From: a virus
Taxonomy: Duplodnaviria; Caudoviricetes
IMG/VR virus record: IMGVR_UViG_2824317532_000001
Span: 1 to 64,000 of that record
DNA length: 64,000 bases
Direction: 5' to 3' (one strand)
Made by a program: the position numbers and the translations under genes. The notes under the pieces were generated by a model. It was given only the letters and a program-made list of their open reading frames with translations, was not told where the DNA came from and searched no databases. Positions 9,337 through 19,113 of this stretch are shown piece by piece. The stretch's first letter is position 1, and every line of letters begins with the position of its first letter.

Positions 9337-10156
9337 CCTCGCCGTCCGCGACAACGACAACCTGCCCACGAGCCCTGCCGTCCCGCAGTTGCCCGTCTAC
9401 CAGCAGCCTGTCCCGTCGCCGTTGATGCAGTGGGCGATGGAGGCCCGTGAGGCCGCGAAGATCGCCGAGTCGCTGTCGCGGACCTCGTTCGTTCCGGCGT
9501 CGCTGCGCGGTAAGCCCGCCGACGTGACCGCAGCGATCCTCGCCGGCCAGGAGCTCGGACTGCAGCCGATGGCGACGCTCCGGTCGATGGACGTCATTCA
9601 AGGCACTCCGGCGCTGCGCGCGCACGCCCAGCGTGGCTTGGTCCAATCCCACGGGCACAAGGTGTGGATCGAAAAGGGAGCCTCCAAGGAGCGGGTCGTC
9701 ATGTGGGGCCAGCGCCGAGAGGCGGACGGCACGTACGGCGAACCGCAGCAGTCGGTGTGGGACATCGACCGCGCCAAGGAACTGGGCCTGACCGGCAAGG
9801 AGCAGTGGAAGAAGCAGCCTCAGACGATGCTGACGGCGCGGGCGACGGGTGAGATCTGCCGTCTGGTGGCGTCGGACGTGCTGCACGCGATGCCGTACAA
9901 CTCCGAGGAGCTCAGCGACGGTGCCGGCGATCTGATGCCGGTGCGGGCCGCAGCGCGGGTGAACGCGCAGGAGGTGCTGGCGAACGCTGCCGCTGCTCGC
10001 GAGCAGGCCAAGCCGATCAGCGGCCCGCCTGCCGTCCAGCAGCCGCAGGTTGAAGCGGGCGGCGAGTCCGACCAGCGTTCAGGCACCGGATGGGATGACG
10101 ACGACAGCGCATGGGATGACGTGAACGTCGCCCAGCCCGCTGGTGGTGCCCAGTGA
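9329..10156 (+). CDS. RecT-like single-strand annealing protein
   Basis: FVPASLRGKPADVTAAILAGQELGLQPM..WKKQPQTMLTARA; follows RecE-like gene. Confidence 0.75.
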   Translation: MTDLAVRDNDNLPTSPAVPQLPVYQQPVPSPLMQWAMEAREAAKIAESLSRTSFVPASLRGKPADVTAAILAGQELGLQPMATLRSMDVIQGTPALRAHAQRGLVQSHGHKVWIEKGASKERVVMWGQRREADGTYGEPQQSVWDIDRAKELGLTGKEQWKKQPQTMLTARATGEICRLVASDVLHAMPYNSEELSDGAGDLMPVRAAARVNAQEVLANAAAAREQAKPISGPPAVQQPQVEAGGESDQRSGTGWDDDDSAWDDVNVAQPAGGAQ

Positions 10157-10974
10157 CGTGGTGGGAGCAGCCCTTCACGGTGCTGGATACGGAAACTACG
10201 TCGGCTGATCCGGAGCAGGCTCAGGTCGCATCGATCTGTCGGGCCGTCATCGACATCAGCACCAAGTCGAAGGATGTGCAGAACGCGCTGATCGCTGTGG
10301 AGATGCCTGCCGAGGCGTCTGCGGTGAACGGGCTGACGACCGAGAAGTTGATGGCCGACGGTAAGCCGCCAGCCGATGTGCTGGACGAGTACTGCGCCGA
10401 ACTCGCCGCGGTCCTCATGCTCGGACAGCCGATCATCATCGCAAACGCGCCGTACGACCTGACCGTCCTGGACCGGGAATGCCGTCGTAACGGTGTCCCC
10501 ACCATCGAGGACCGGCTGGGCGGGCGTGCTCTCGCCCCGATCCTCGATCCGATCTGCCTGGACAAGAAGGTCGCCAAGTTTCGGCGCCGGGTCTCCCCCA
10601 CCCAGGGTGCTCGCTGCTTGAAAACCCTCGCCCAGGTGCATGGTGTCGGCTGGGACGACGAACTCGCCCACACCGCCGAGTACGACGCTTTGCAGGCGGG
10701 GCGGGTGGTGTGGCAGTTGATGCGCCGCTACCCGCTGCTGGCCGATATGACGTTGAACGAGCTGCATATCGGGCAGGTCGGCTGGTACGCGGAACAGGCG
10801 GAGTCGCTGGCGCAGTTCTTCCGGCGGTCCGCGAACGAGGCCCGGCACAGCGCCGAACAGGCCGGCGATGCGGCCGAGCAGGAGACGCTGCTCGCGGACG
10901 CCGAGGCACTGTCGGCGAAGGCCGAATCGGTGTCGTTGGACTGGCCGGTTCGCCCGTTCGGGATCCAGCGATGA
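10153..10974 (+). CDS. DnaQ-like DEDDh 3'-5' exonuclease
   Basis: LDTETT, ANAPYD, AHTAEYDA motifs. Confidence 0.88.
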   Translation: MTWWEQPFTVLDTETTSADPEQAQVASICRAVIDISTKSKDVQNALIAVEMPAEASAVNGLTTEKLMADGKPPADVLDEYCAELAAVLMLGQPIIIANAPYDLTVLDRECRRNGVPTIEDRLGGRALAPILDPICLDKKVAKFRRRVSPTQGARCLKTLAQVHGVGWDDELAHTAEYDALQAGRVVWQLMRRYPLLADMTLNELHIGQVGWYAEQAESLAQFFRRSANEARHSAEQAGDAAEQETLLADAEALSAKAESVSLDWPVRPFGIQR

Positions 10975-11426
10975 CGGATCTTCGGGCAATCTCAATTCGG
11001 CAGCCGTACGCATCAGCGATCGCGGTCGGCGTGAAGACGGTGGAGAACCGTGGGCAGACCGTGCGGTGGCGCGGCCCGGTGGCGATCCACGCGAGTTTGC
11101 CCTGGCATGCGGCCGGTGACCGGGACTCGCGGATTCTGCAACTGCGACGGCACGGACTGCTGGACGGCACTCCGCGGGGTGTGATCGTCGCGGTCGCCGA
11201 ACTGGTGGACGGTCATCAGGCGGTCGTGCACGCCGATCTGACCAGTTGCTGCGAGCCGTGGGGGATGTGCCGTTACGGCGACCGTCCTGCCTTCCATCTG
11301 GTGCTCGCGAACATTCGCAAGCTTCCCCGCCCGGTGCCGGCGCGTGGCGCGCTCACGGTCGGCTGGCGGGTTCCCGCGGACGTGGCGTCAGCCGTCCGCT
11401 CTCAGCTCACTCTCTCGGAGGTTTGA
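10971..11426 (+). CDS. ASCH domain protein
   Basis: AISIRQPYASAIAVGVKTVENR..RGPVAIHA. Confidence 0.88.
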   Translation: MTDLRAISIRQPYASAIAVGVKTVENRGQTVRWRGPVAIHASLPWHAAGDRDSRILQLRRHGLLDGTPRGVIVAVAELVDGHQAVVHADLTSCCEPWGMCRYGDRPAFHLVLANIRKLPRPVPARGALTVGWRVPADVASAVRSQLTLSEV

Positions 11427-11428
11427 CC

Positions 11429-11671
11429 ATGCTCCCTCAGTTGGACAGTCTCTGGCCCCGCATCCGCTGCGACGTCCGCGGCCGGAAGGCATACAGCAGC
11501 GACATGCGCAGTAGCTGGGTGCCGCCGTGCGAGGTGCCGCCCACCCACCGCTATCGGACTCCCGGCCACGTCGAGGGTCATTGGTCGTACCGCTGCGACC
11601 AGCATGCCGCCTGGCTGGACCAGGCGGCATGCACAGTGGAGCCGCTGCCCGGTAAGGAGATCGCGGCATGA
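11429..11671 (+). CDS. hypothetical protein
   Basis: GGAGG RBS, Cys/His residues. Confidence 0.55.
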   Translation: MLPQLDSLWPRIRCDVRGRKAYSSDMRSSWVPPCEVPPTHRYRTPGHVEGHWSYRCDQHAAWLDQAACTVEPLPGKEIAA

Positions 11672-11844
11672 GCGGCCTGTGGGACGACGATCGCTACGGC
11701 GACATGTGCCCGGTGCCGGTGGGGATGCTCGACATCGCCGTGGACCGGGCGGAACGGCTATCCGAGATCCGGCCGGATGCCGAGCGGCACGCGTTCGGCG
11801 ACGATCCGGCCGGCGACGACGAGTTCGGACGGGACGACCGGTGA
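11668..11844 (+). CDS. small acidic hypothetical protein
   Basis: MSGLWDDDRYG..., AAGGAG RBS, overlaps both neighbours; absent from ORF track. Confidence 0.55.
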   Translation: MSGLWDDDRYGDMCPVPVGMLDIAVDRAERLSEIRPDAERHAFGDDPAGDDEFGRDDR

Positions 11845-12089
11845 TCGGCTACGTGCCCGTCGCGGAAGAATGCGGCGCCCTGGTCGACGCCGGACTCATG
11901 GGAAAGGCGGAGGCGATCGTCCGGATCGCCGTCGCCTCCGACGGCGGGCTAACACTGCTCGGCGCGGAGAACGCCCTCGACCAGTGGCAGACCCTCCGCG
12001 CCCGCATCGCGAACATTCAGATGAGTGTCGAAATGGGGATCGCCGCCTGCGAAGCGCAGTTGCGCGAGCAGGGAGGAAACGAGCGGTGA
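11841..12089 (+). CDS. hypothetical protein
   Basis: GTGA overlaps. Confidence 0.55.
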   Translation: MIGYVPVAEECGALVDAGLMGKAEAIVRIAVASDGGLTLLGAENALDQWQTLRARIANIQMSVEMGIAACEAQLREQGGNER

Positions 12090-12709
12090 CCATCATGACC
12101 GAAACGCGCACCTGGACGCTGAGCATTCCCGCCCCGGAGCGCATGCTGTCGGCGAACAGCAAACCGCATCACCGTGTCGCCGGAGTAGTGCGTAAGGCTT
12201 GGCGCGAGGCCACCTATTTGTACGCGCAGCAGGCCAAGCTCCCGACGGGGCTCGACCGGGTACGGATCGACATCGTGCTGCACCACACGGTCAACCGGAA
12301 CCGCGACGACGCGAATTGGCATCCGTACGTTGGGAAGCCGATTACCGATGCTCTCGGCCCTGAGCGACGTGCCCAGAGCAGGAACGGCGCGGTCCGCATC
12401 GATGCCGGCTACGGATTGATTCCCGACGACAACCCGACGCACCTCGATGGGCCGTTCATCAGCCTCGGCGAGAAGGTGTCCCGTAAGGAATACCCGCGCG
12501 GCCTTGCCGTAGTCACGATCGTCGACCTGACGGGACAACCGACCGACGGTTTCGAGACCGAGCGCCGGGTCATGTCAGCAACGACAGCGTGGACGTTCCG
12601 TTGCCCGGCCCGCCATCAGGTGGTCGTGACGATGCGCGGACAGGAAGATCCGGGCCCCTACCGGGACCTGTTCATGTCCGAGCATGCCGGGTGCGAGGTG
12701 ACGTCGTGA
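12086..12709 (+). CDS. RusA-like Holliday junction resolvase
   Basis: LSAN..RDDANW..KPITDAL..GLIPDDN pattern. Confidence 0.75.
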   Translation: MTIMTETRTWTLSIPAPERMLSANSKPHHRVAGVVRKAWREATYLYAQQAKLPTGLDRVRIDIVLHHTVNRNRDDANWHPYVGKPITDALGPERRAQSRNGAVRIDAGYGLIPDDNPTHLDGPFISLGEKVSRKEYPRGLAVVTIVDLTGQPTDGFETERRVMSATTAWTFRCPARHQVVVTMRGQEDPGPYRDLFMSEHAGCEVTS

Positions 12710-12885
12710 CCGGCCTCGCAACGCCGCTGCCCCGCCACCCTGCCGCTCCGGCTGACGTACCCAGCAAGTGCGCTGACGCCGATGCTCCTGGTAGCCCGGC
12801 GAACCCGTGTCGCGAGCCAGGCTCACTGCTCCGCTGCGTGATCTGCCCGGACTCGCCGAATTACTGGCGCCGGGAGGTGGCCTGA
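12706..12885 (+). CDS. hypothetical protein
   Basis: [12 protein letters not shown]; coupled to dcd. Confidence 0.55.
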   Translation: MTGLATPLPRHPAAPADVPSKCADADAPGSPANPCREPGSLLRCVICPDSPNYWRREVA

Positions 12886-13472
12886 TGCTGCTTTCTGACC
12901 GCGATCTGACCGCCGAGATCGAGGCGGGTGGTCTTTCACTGGAGCCGTTCGAGCCGTCGCTGGTGCAGCCGTCCAGCATCGACGTCCGGCTGGACCGCAT
13001 GTTCCGGGTTTTCAACAACCACCTGTACACGCACATCGACCCGGCCGAGCAGCAGGACGATCTCACCGCGCCGGTTGAGGTGGAAGACGGGCAGCCGTTC
13101 GTGCTGCACCCGGGTGAGTTCGTGCTCGCCTCCACCCTCGAGGCGGTCACGCTCGGCGTCGAACTCGCGGCCCGGCTGGAGGGCAAGAGCAGCCTCGGCC
13201 GACTCGGACTGCTCACCCACTCCACCGCCGGCTTCATCGACCCGGGGTTCTCCGGCCACGTCACGCTGGAACTTTCGAACGTGGCCACCCTGCCGATCAA
13301 GCTGTGGCCGGGCATGAGCATCGGGCAACTGTGCGTGTTCCGGCTGTCAAGCCCCGCCGAGCACCCGTACGGGTCGGACGTCTACGGCTCCCGCTACCAG
13401 GGGCAGCGCGGGCCCACCGCGTCTCGTTCGTACGTCCGGTTCCGGACCTGGCCGACCGGCGGTGCGACGTGA
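12885..13472 (+). CDS. dcd: dCTP deaminase
   Basis: [52 protein letters not shown]. Confidence 0.95.
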   Translation: MLLSDRDLTAEIEAGGLSLEPFEPSLVQPSSIDVRLDRMFRVFNNHLYTHIDPAEQQDDLTAPVEVEDGQPFVLHPGEFVLASTLEAVTLGVELAARLEGKSSLGRLGLLTHSTAGFIDPGFSGHVTLELSNVATLPIKLWPGMSIGQLCVFRLSSPAEHPYGSDVYGSRYQGQRGPTASRSYVRFRTWPTGGAT

Positions 13473-14338
13473 CGGCAATCCCGGCACCGATCCTGGTCAC
13501 TGGCGGGCGCAGACGCGTCGACCTTGGCCGTCTCGCACCGGCCTGCACAGCCGACTGGCACGGCACGTGCACCGCTTACCGGAAAGCCAAGTGCCGCTGC
13601 CCGCATGCGCGGGAGGCGCACCGCCTCTACCAAAAACGTGCCCGCGAAGGCCGAAACGTACCAGCCCTGACCGACGCGACCGGAGCGCGGCGCCGTATCC
13701 AGGGCATGTGGGCGCTCGGACATCCGTCCCAGGTGATCGCCGACATGTGCGGCGGCACCTTCGACCGGCGGCAGATCCAAAGGATGTGCATCCAGCAGCA
13801 CATCACCCCCCACCACCACGATCTCATTGCCGCGACCTATGCCGTCCTCATCACCCGCCCTGGAACGTCGGTCAGAACTCGGCGTCGTGCAGCGGCAGCG
13901 GGGTATCCGCTGCCCGTCCAGTGGGGCGCAAACATCGACGACCCGCAGGCATCACCTGACCCGCTCGACGTTGGCGGCGTGCAGGACGGGACCGACGATC
14001 CAATCGATGAGGTCGCTGTCGAAAGGGCGTTGGCCGGCGAACGCGTCGACCTGACCGACATCGAGTTGGTCGCGATGCTGCAGGCCGGGACTGCCCGCGG
14101 TATCCCGTTGGCGCGAATGGCCGACCAGCAAGGCATCAACTACTTCGGGGCACGCAAGATGCTCGGTGGTGACCTCACTCCGCGACGGCGGCAACAGCAG
14201 CGGGTTGAGGCTGAGCTGCTACGGGTCGGCCACCTGCACAACGATGCGACGCTGGCGGCTCTGCTGGATGTACACCACCAGACGGTGACCCGGGCCCGTG
14301 CCCGGCTGGCACGCCGCGGTGAGCGGGTGGCGTCGTGA
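13469..14338 (+). CDS. putative DNA-binding protein (HGT..Y..CRCxxC-like N-terminus, C-terminal HTH)
   Basis: [18 protein letters not shown]; [11 protein letters not shown]; [16 protein letters not shown]. Confidence 0.65.
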   Translation: MTAIPAPILVTGGRRRVDLGRLAPACTADWHGTCTAYRKAKCRCPHAREAHRLYQKRAREGRNVPALTDATGARRRIQGMWALGHPSQVIADMCGGTFDRRQIQRMCIQQHITPHHHDLIAATYAVLITRPGTSVRTRRRAAAAGYPLPVQWGANIDDPQASPDPLDVGGVQDGTDDPIDEVAVERALAGERVDLTDIELVAMLQAGTARGIPLARMADQQGINYFGARKMLGGDLTPRRRQQQRVEAELLRVGHLHNDATLAALLDVHHQTVTRARARLARRGERVAS

Positions 14339-14553
14339 CTCACTCGGATGACGAATCGGTACAGGCGCTCGCCCTGGCCATGCATGTGGTCGAGTGCCTG
14401 CCCGGCGCCCACCCCTATCACCAGTACTCGGCCGGGCATCGGCAGGTGCATGAACGGCGTGCCGGCCTGGTGCTGGCCGAGCTCGCGAAGGCCGGCCATT
14501 CCTTCGCAACCCATTCCGCAGTCGGCTTACAGCTGGAGATCCCCGATGTCTGA
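14335..14553 (+). CDS. hypothetical protein
   Basis: GTGA overlap. Confidence 0.55.
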   Translation: MTHSDDESVQALALAMHVVECLPGAHPYHQYSAGHRQVHERRAGLVLAELAKAGHSFATHSAVGLQLEIPDV

Positions 14554-14764
14554 GTTGACGATGCTGCCAGACCCGAAGCTTGCCGAGCCAGACGGTGAAG
14601 ATGCCGTTGACCACCTGTATTGCCCGTGCGATCCGGATGTGGCGTTGTGCGGTGCAGACGTGTCTGGCGAGCCGATCGTTGCCGCGCCGGTGAACCCGGA
14701 GTGTCCGCTGTGCCTAATCGTCGATGACCTCAATGACTACGTGTGCGCGAGGTGCGGGCTGTGA
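14546..14764 (+). CDS. small Zn-finger-like protein
   Basis: HLYCPCDPDVALCG..CPLC..CARC. Confidence 0.6.
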   Translation: MSELTMLPDPKLAEPDGEDAVDHLYCPCDPDVALCGADVSGEPIVAAPVNPECPLCLIVDDLNDYVCARCGL

Positions 14765-15000
14765 CCGCCGTCGTGTTGGTGCCGTTGACGCCGGTGCAGC
14801 AGCGTGTGCTGGCTGAGATCCGCGGGTTCGTCGACGAGTACGGGTATGCGCCGACGCTGCGGGAGTTAGCCGCCCGGTGTGGGCGTGGCCCGTCGACGGT
14901 CGCCTACCAGTTGCAGCAGTTGGAGGAGAAGGGCCGGATCCGCCGGTACCCGAAGATTCCCCGGGCGCTCGTGGTGCTGGACGTGGCGGGCGGGTCGTAA
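14761..15000 (+). CDS. LexA-type winged-helix DNA-binding domain protein (no peptidase domain)
   Basis: LTPVQQRVLAEI..YGYAPTLRELAARCG..STVAYQLQQLEEKGRIRR..PRAL. Confidence 0.85.
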   Translation: MTAVVLVPLTPVQQRVLAEIRGFVDEYGYAPTLRELAARCGRGPSTVAYQLQQLEEKGRIRRYPKIPRALVVLDVAGGS

Positions 15001-15054
15001 TGGTTCGCACCCTCGCCGAGATTCGGGCCGAACGGCCGCCGCTCGGAGCCTGCC

Positions 15055-15408
15055 GTGCCACTTCCTGACGGTTTCGAGTGGTCGGTGCCGGGCCTGCACC
15101 TGGACGACTGGTGTGTGCGCCGTACGAACGCCGCGCTGATGTTGTGTGGGCGGGCGGTTGACGGGGCGAACCGGCAGGACGGGTTCGTGCCGGTCATCCA
15201 GCCGGACGAGCCGCCCGCCGGCGCGCACGCGCGCTGCCTGGAGTTGCTGGCCGACTGGCACGGCATGTGCCCCATGTGCGGTGGCGACATCGCCCTCGAG
15301 GCGGGCCGGGTCGCACCGCACGGCGTGTGGGTGCGGACGCGGGACGGGGTGGAGCGGTCCGAGACGCCGTGTCCGGGTGCCGGTCAGGTACCGGAGGCGG
15401 CGTCGTGA
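15055..15408 (+). CDS. Cys-rich hypothetical protein
   Basis: LCGR..CPMCG..PH..CPGAG; may really start at 15000 with a frameshift. Confidence 0.55.
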   Translation: MPLPDGFEWSVPGLHLDDWCVRRTNAALMLCGRAVDGANRQDGFVPVIQPDEPPAGAHARCLELLADWHGMCPMCGGDIALEAGRVAPHGVWVRTRDGVERSETPCPGAGQVPEAAS

Positions 15409-15680
15409 GCCTTTTCACTTCTGGCTGCACGCTGCCGGACTCCCGCCTTCGTGGCGATGCGGTTGATGGTCTCGCGGGTCCAGCCAACCCGTTCGGCGAT
15501 GTGCTGGATCGTCAGCCTGCTGTCCTTGTCGGCGGCCTCGCGGGCGGCTTCGACGATCGCCTCTCGGAGTTTGGTGTCCTTCGCCTTCAGGAGCGCTTCT
15601 GCCTCGTCGTACTCCCGGACTGCCTCGTCGAGTGCTTGCAGGACGGGGGTGTCGGGGACGGTCCGGTCACGGCGTGGCAT
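15384..15680 (-). CDS. HTH transcriptional regulator
   Basis: LTIQHIAERVGWTRETINRIA HTH; divergent from 15813. Confidence 0.75.
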   Translation of the reverse strand: MPRRDRTVPDTPVLQALDEAVREYDEAEALLKAKDTKLREAIVEAAREAADKDSRLTIQHIAERVGWTRETINRIATKAGVRQRAARSEKAHDAASGT

Positions 15681-15768
15681 GGGGCTGATTGTCGCATGGG
15701 TCAGATCACGAACGAGAGATGTGATGACGTTCGGGTCGCCGCTTGTGATCGTGGTTAGTGTCTGCATA

Positions 15769-15787
15769 TTGTGATTGTGCATCACAA
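15769..15787. promoter_or_regulatory. palindromic operator TTGTGAT-N5-ATCACAA
   Basis: Perfect 7-bp inverted repeat in AT-rich divergent promoter region; further GTGAT half-sites nearby. Confidence 0.6.
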
Positions 15788-15812
15788 CAAAACGCCACAA
15801 CAAGGAGGGCAC

Positions 15813-16322
15813 GTGAGCGACTACGCGTACAGGAACACCGACCCCGACGCCATTGCCGCCTGGCACACCACAGCCCAGAGACACCGCGAGGCCAGTAACC
15901 AGGCGCTCACCGGCGCCAAAGCCATCGGCAAGAACAAGGGCCTCATGGCCCAGCGCTCCATCGGCGAGCAGGAGTTCGTCGGTCTCGCCCCGATCGACCC
16001 CACCGATCCGCCGGAGGGTTGGCGGTACGTCCGTGACCGCTTCGAACCGCGGCGCGGTAAGGCCGGCGACGACGCGCGGGCGTGGCTCAAGTCGGTGCAG
16101 CTCCCGGATCTGCGGGATGTCATGCAGCAGCACGGCCTGCCGAAGATCCTGTTCAAGGGCGGGATGATGCGCGCCCCGGCCATGTTCGAACACGACGGCG
16201 CCGTGTACGCCCTGTACAGCGCCCAGCCGGATGACATCGGGCCGCTGTGGGAGCCGATCCGGCTGAGCGAATTCTACGCCGCTCAGGAAGCCTCGGACGA
16301 GACGTCGAGGGCCGCAGCATGA
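15813..16322 (+). CDS. hypothetical protein
   Basis: AAGGAGG RBS then GTG. Confidence 0.7.
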   Translation: MSDYAYRNTDPDAIAAWHTTAQRHREASNQALTGAKAIGKNKGLMAQRSIGEQEFVGLAPIDPTDPPEGWRYVRDRFEPRRGKAGDDARAWLKSVQLPDLRDVMQQHGLPKILFKGGMMRAPAMFEHDGAVYALYSAQPDDIGPLWEPIRLSEFYAAQEASDETSRAAA

Positions 16323-16564
16323 CCCTCACGACGATCCCCGCCCACGCCTTCGAGCCGGCGAAGCGCGCCAACCCGAACGGCCCTGGCCTGGTCGACGACC
16401 CGATGTGTGGCTACCTGCACAAGATCGGCGACGGCAACGAGTTCGGCGACGGGGCTGGCGTGTTCTGTGCCGAAACCGCCGACGCTCCGGTGCATCACGG
16501 TGCTGCTCAGAAGGTGCGAGTCCGTGAGTGGACCGATGCGGAGATCGAGGCGGGTAACCGGTGA
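16319..16564 (+). CDS. hypothetical protein
   Basis: ATGA/GTGA overlaps. Confidence 0.6.
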   Translation: MTLTTIPAHAFEPAKRANPNGPGLVDDPMCGYLHKIGDGNEFGDGAGVFCAETADAPVHHGAAQKVRVREWTDAEIEAGNR

Positions 16565-16833
16565 CTCGCTCGAAGCTTCCTCCGCGCCGGCCGCAGTCCG
16601 AACGAAAGCACTGGATCTTCCTCGACCAGTGCGGCTGCCCGATTGGCCTCGTCGAGGAGTCCCGCTTCTACAAGACCGAAGACGCCGCGTGGGACGGCAT
16701 GTACGACACCCGCGCCGAAGAGCGCGCCGCCCGCGCCCGTGGCGTGCACACCGTGTTCGTCGACCACGCCACCTACGAAGAGCGTTTCTACCCGCGCATG
16801 ACGAAGCGGTGCACGCACGAGGACGCGGCATGA
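16561..16833 (+). CDS. hypothetical protein
   Basis: CGCP motif, overlaps. Confidence 0.6.
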   Translation: MTRSKLPPRRPQSERKHWIFLDQCGCPIGLVEESRFYKTEDAAWDGMYDTRAEERAARARGVHTVFVDHATYEERFYPRMTKRCTHEDAA

Positions 16834-17021
16834 CCCACCACTTCCGCACCCTGACCGCCGTCGTCCGCATCGACGACGACTCCGACCTGCGTCACACCGC
16901 GTACGCGCTGAAAGTGGCCCGCGAGGCGCTGACCAACGCCGGATTCTCCGTCGACGGCATGCGCAACACCCCCAATGACACCGGCGAACTGCCGGCTCAC
17001 CGTGAGGAGATCCCGTGGTGA
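16830..17021 (+). CDS. hypothetical protein
   Basis: ATGA overlap. Confidence 0.55.
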   Translation: MTHHFRTLTAVVRIDDDSDLRHTAYALKVAREALTNAGFSVDGMRNTPNDTGELPAHREEIPW

Positions 17022-17350
17022 CCCCCACCAGCAACGCCGCCCCGTACCCCACCTGCGCCGACGACGTGACCGCTGACCGTCTCGCTGCTGCACTTGCCGT
17101 CAGCGCCCAGCGCCGCTACGTCGCCACCATCGACGTGCCCGAGCTGGACTACACCGCGATGAACCTGTTTGTGAAGGAGTGGGGTGTCATCTACCTGCTC
17201 CGCGAAGCCCAAGAGCGGGCCGGCGTTGACTTCGCTGACCGTCTCGCTCGTGACCTGTGGGAGGCGTGGGCCGACGGGAGCGGGCTCGGCGAGTTCCTGT
17301 GGGAGTGGCTCACCGAGTACGGCATCGACCCGAAGACGGTGGCGCGGTGA
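17015..17350 (+). CDS. hypothetical protein
   Basis: GAGGAG RBS. Confidence 0.6.
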   Translation: MVTPTSNAAPYPTCADDVTADRLAAALAVSAQRRYVATIDVPELDYTAMNLFVKEWGVIYLLREAQERAGVDFADRLARDLWEAWADGSGLGEFLWEWLTEYGIDPKTVAR

Positions 17351-18222
17351 GCGACAACACCAGCATCGAATGGGCGGACCGCACGTGGAACCCCCTGCTT
17401 GGTTGTGAGCGCGTGTCGCCGGGCTGCGACGCCTGCTACGCGATCAACACCGCCACCATCCGTGCAGGCAACCCGCACCCCAAGGTTGCGTCGGCGTTCG
17501 CCGGACTCACCGAACGCCGTGACGGGCGACTCGACTGGACCGGGCGTATCAACCTGCTGCCCGACCGGATGACTCAGCCGCTGTCATGGCGGAAGCCGTC
17601 CAGAGTGTTCGTGAACAGCCAGTCCGACCTGTTTCACAAGGCCGTGCCCGACGAGTTCATCGCCCGTGTGTTCGCTGTCATGGCGCTCACCCCGCGGCAC
17701 ACCTACCAACTGCTGACCAAGCGGCACGGGCGGATGAGGTCGTGGCTGAACAACGACCGCATGCGGCTCAAGGTGTACAACGAGGCCCACGCGTTCGCGG
17801 CCAGCCTGCCGTCATTTCCGGATGCCTCCGTTCCGTGGCCGCTTCCGAATCTGTGGCTGGGTGTGTCCGTGGAGGACCAGGCCCGTGCGGAGCTGCGAAT
17901 TCCCGCGCTGCTCGAGACTCCGGCTGCCGTCCGCTGGCTGTCGTGCGAGCCGCTACTCGGGCCGGTCGACCTGTTCCGGAACTCCCGCCTCGACCGCGAT
18001 CCCGGCCTTGACTGGGTGGTTGTTGGTGGCGAGTCCGGGCCTCGGCCGCGGCCGATGGAAGCGGGATGGGCGCGGGCGCTGCGGGATGCGTGCAGCGGCG
18101 CCGGCATCCCGTTCTTCTTCAAGCAGTGGGGTGGCCGGTCGTCGAAGGCCAACGGCCGCGTCCTGGACGGCCGCACCTGGGACGAGTACCCGGCCGCGCG
18201 CCCTGAGGCGGTGGCCCGGTGA
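17347..18222 (+). CDS. phage Gp37/Gp68 (DUF5131) radical-SAM-like protein
   Basis: TSIEWADRTWNPLLGCERVSPGCDACYA, FVNSQSDLFH, LSCEPLLG, VVGGESG, FFFKQWGG. Confidence 0.92.
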   Translation: MSDNTSIEWADRTWNPLLGCERVSPGCDACYAINTATIRAGNPHPKVASAFAGLTERRDGRLDWTGRINLLPDRMTQPLSWRKPSRVFVNSQSDLFHKAVPDEFIARVFAVMALTPRHTYQLLTKRHGRMRSWLNNDRMRLKVYNEAHAFAASLPSFPDASVPWPLPNLWLGVSVEDQARAELRIPALLETPAAVRWLSCEPLLGPVDLFRNSRLDRDPGLDWVVVGGESGPRPRPMEAGWARALRDACSGAGIPFFFKQWGGRSSKANGRVLDGRTWDEYPAARPEAVAR

Positions 18223-18401
18223 CCATTGTGACCTGTATCCGCTGTAAGAAGACGCCGTCCGCCGGGCTCTGCTGCTCATCCCACAACGCGGCCCTTTGCC
18301 ACGGCTGCTACCGCACCACCCACTTCGTCGAGATCTGTGTCGTCGGGTGCGCTGACTGCGCGGCCGAGGGCTTGGACCCGACCACGGTGGTGGCCCGGTG
18401 A
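18219..18401 (+). CDS. small Cys-rich protein
   Basis: Multiple CxxC. Confidence 0.6.
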   Translation: MTIVTCIRCKKTPSAGLCCSSHNAALCHGCYRTTHFVEICVVGCADCAAEGLDPTTVVAR

Positions 18402-18745
18402 GCCTGACCCGAGCCCGAACGGCCCGCGTTCCCCACGAATGCGACAGCTGCTACTGGACGCCGTCTCTCCGCGGCGTCGCAACGATCCTGCCGGGCCACA
18501 TGTACCTCGAGCACGTGGCGTTCCCCGGCGACGAAGGCTTCGAGGAGGGCGAGCAACCGGCGCGGCTGCGCGAATGCGCCACCCACGCCATCGAGCGTGA
18601 CGACTTTGCCGCAACCCAGTACGGCATCTGCGGCAGCTACTGCCACGGCACCAACCCGTGCGTACTGCCGTTTCAGAAAGGCGCTCCAGGCCACGACTGC
18701 GTGTGTCGGGAGTGCATCACTGAAACCGCGGCGGTGGCCCGGTGA
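18398..18745 (+). CDS. Cys-rich hypothetical protein
   Basis: RTARVPHECDSC..ILPG..CxxH. Confidence 0.6.
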   Translation: MSLTRARTARVPHECDSCYWTPSLRGVATILPGHMYLEHVAFPGDEGFEEGEQPARLRECATHAIERDDFAATQYGICGSYCHGTNPCVLPFQKGAPGHDCVCRECITETAAVAR

Positions 18746-19113
18746 CCGCAGAAACGCCCGAGTTCCCGCCGGAACTGCTCGACTACTTCGCCGCCCGCGA
18801 GCAGCAGCGCGCCGACCGGACCGACACCGCCTGGCGCACCCTGACCAAGTTCGAGCGCCGTGTCGTTCGCGAGGCCGCGGTCATGGGCTACGTGCTCGGC
18901 TACCGGGACGGGAACCTCGACGGACGCACCGGCAAAGGCGGGCCACTCGACAACGAACGCCGCATCCCGGGCGACTTCGACATCGTCCGCACCGTCATCC
19001 AGCACTGCGACTCCACCAGCGACCTCTACCCATACCTCGCCGACGCGTGCGCGGGCCGACGTCGGCGGATCACCCGCAAACGGCTGTACCCCGGAGAGGA
19101 GACAAGCCGGTGA
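18742..19113 (+). CDS. hypothetical protein
   Basis: LTKFERRVVREAAVMGYV. Confidence 0.65.
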   Translation: MTAETPEFPPELLDYFAAREQQRADRTDTAWRTLTKFERRVVREAAVMGYVLGYRDGNLDGRTGKGGPLDNERRIPGDFDIVRTVIQHCDSTSDLYPYLADACAGRRRRITRKRLYPGEETSR

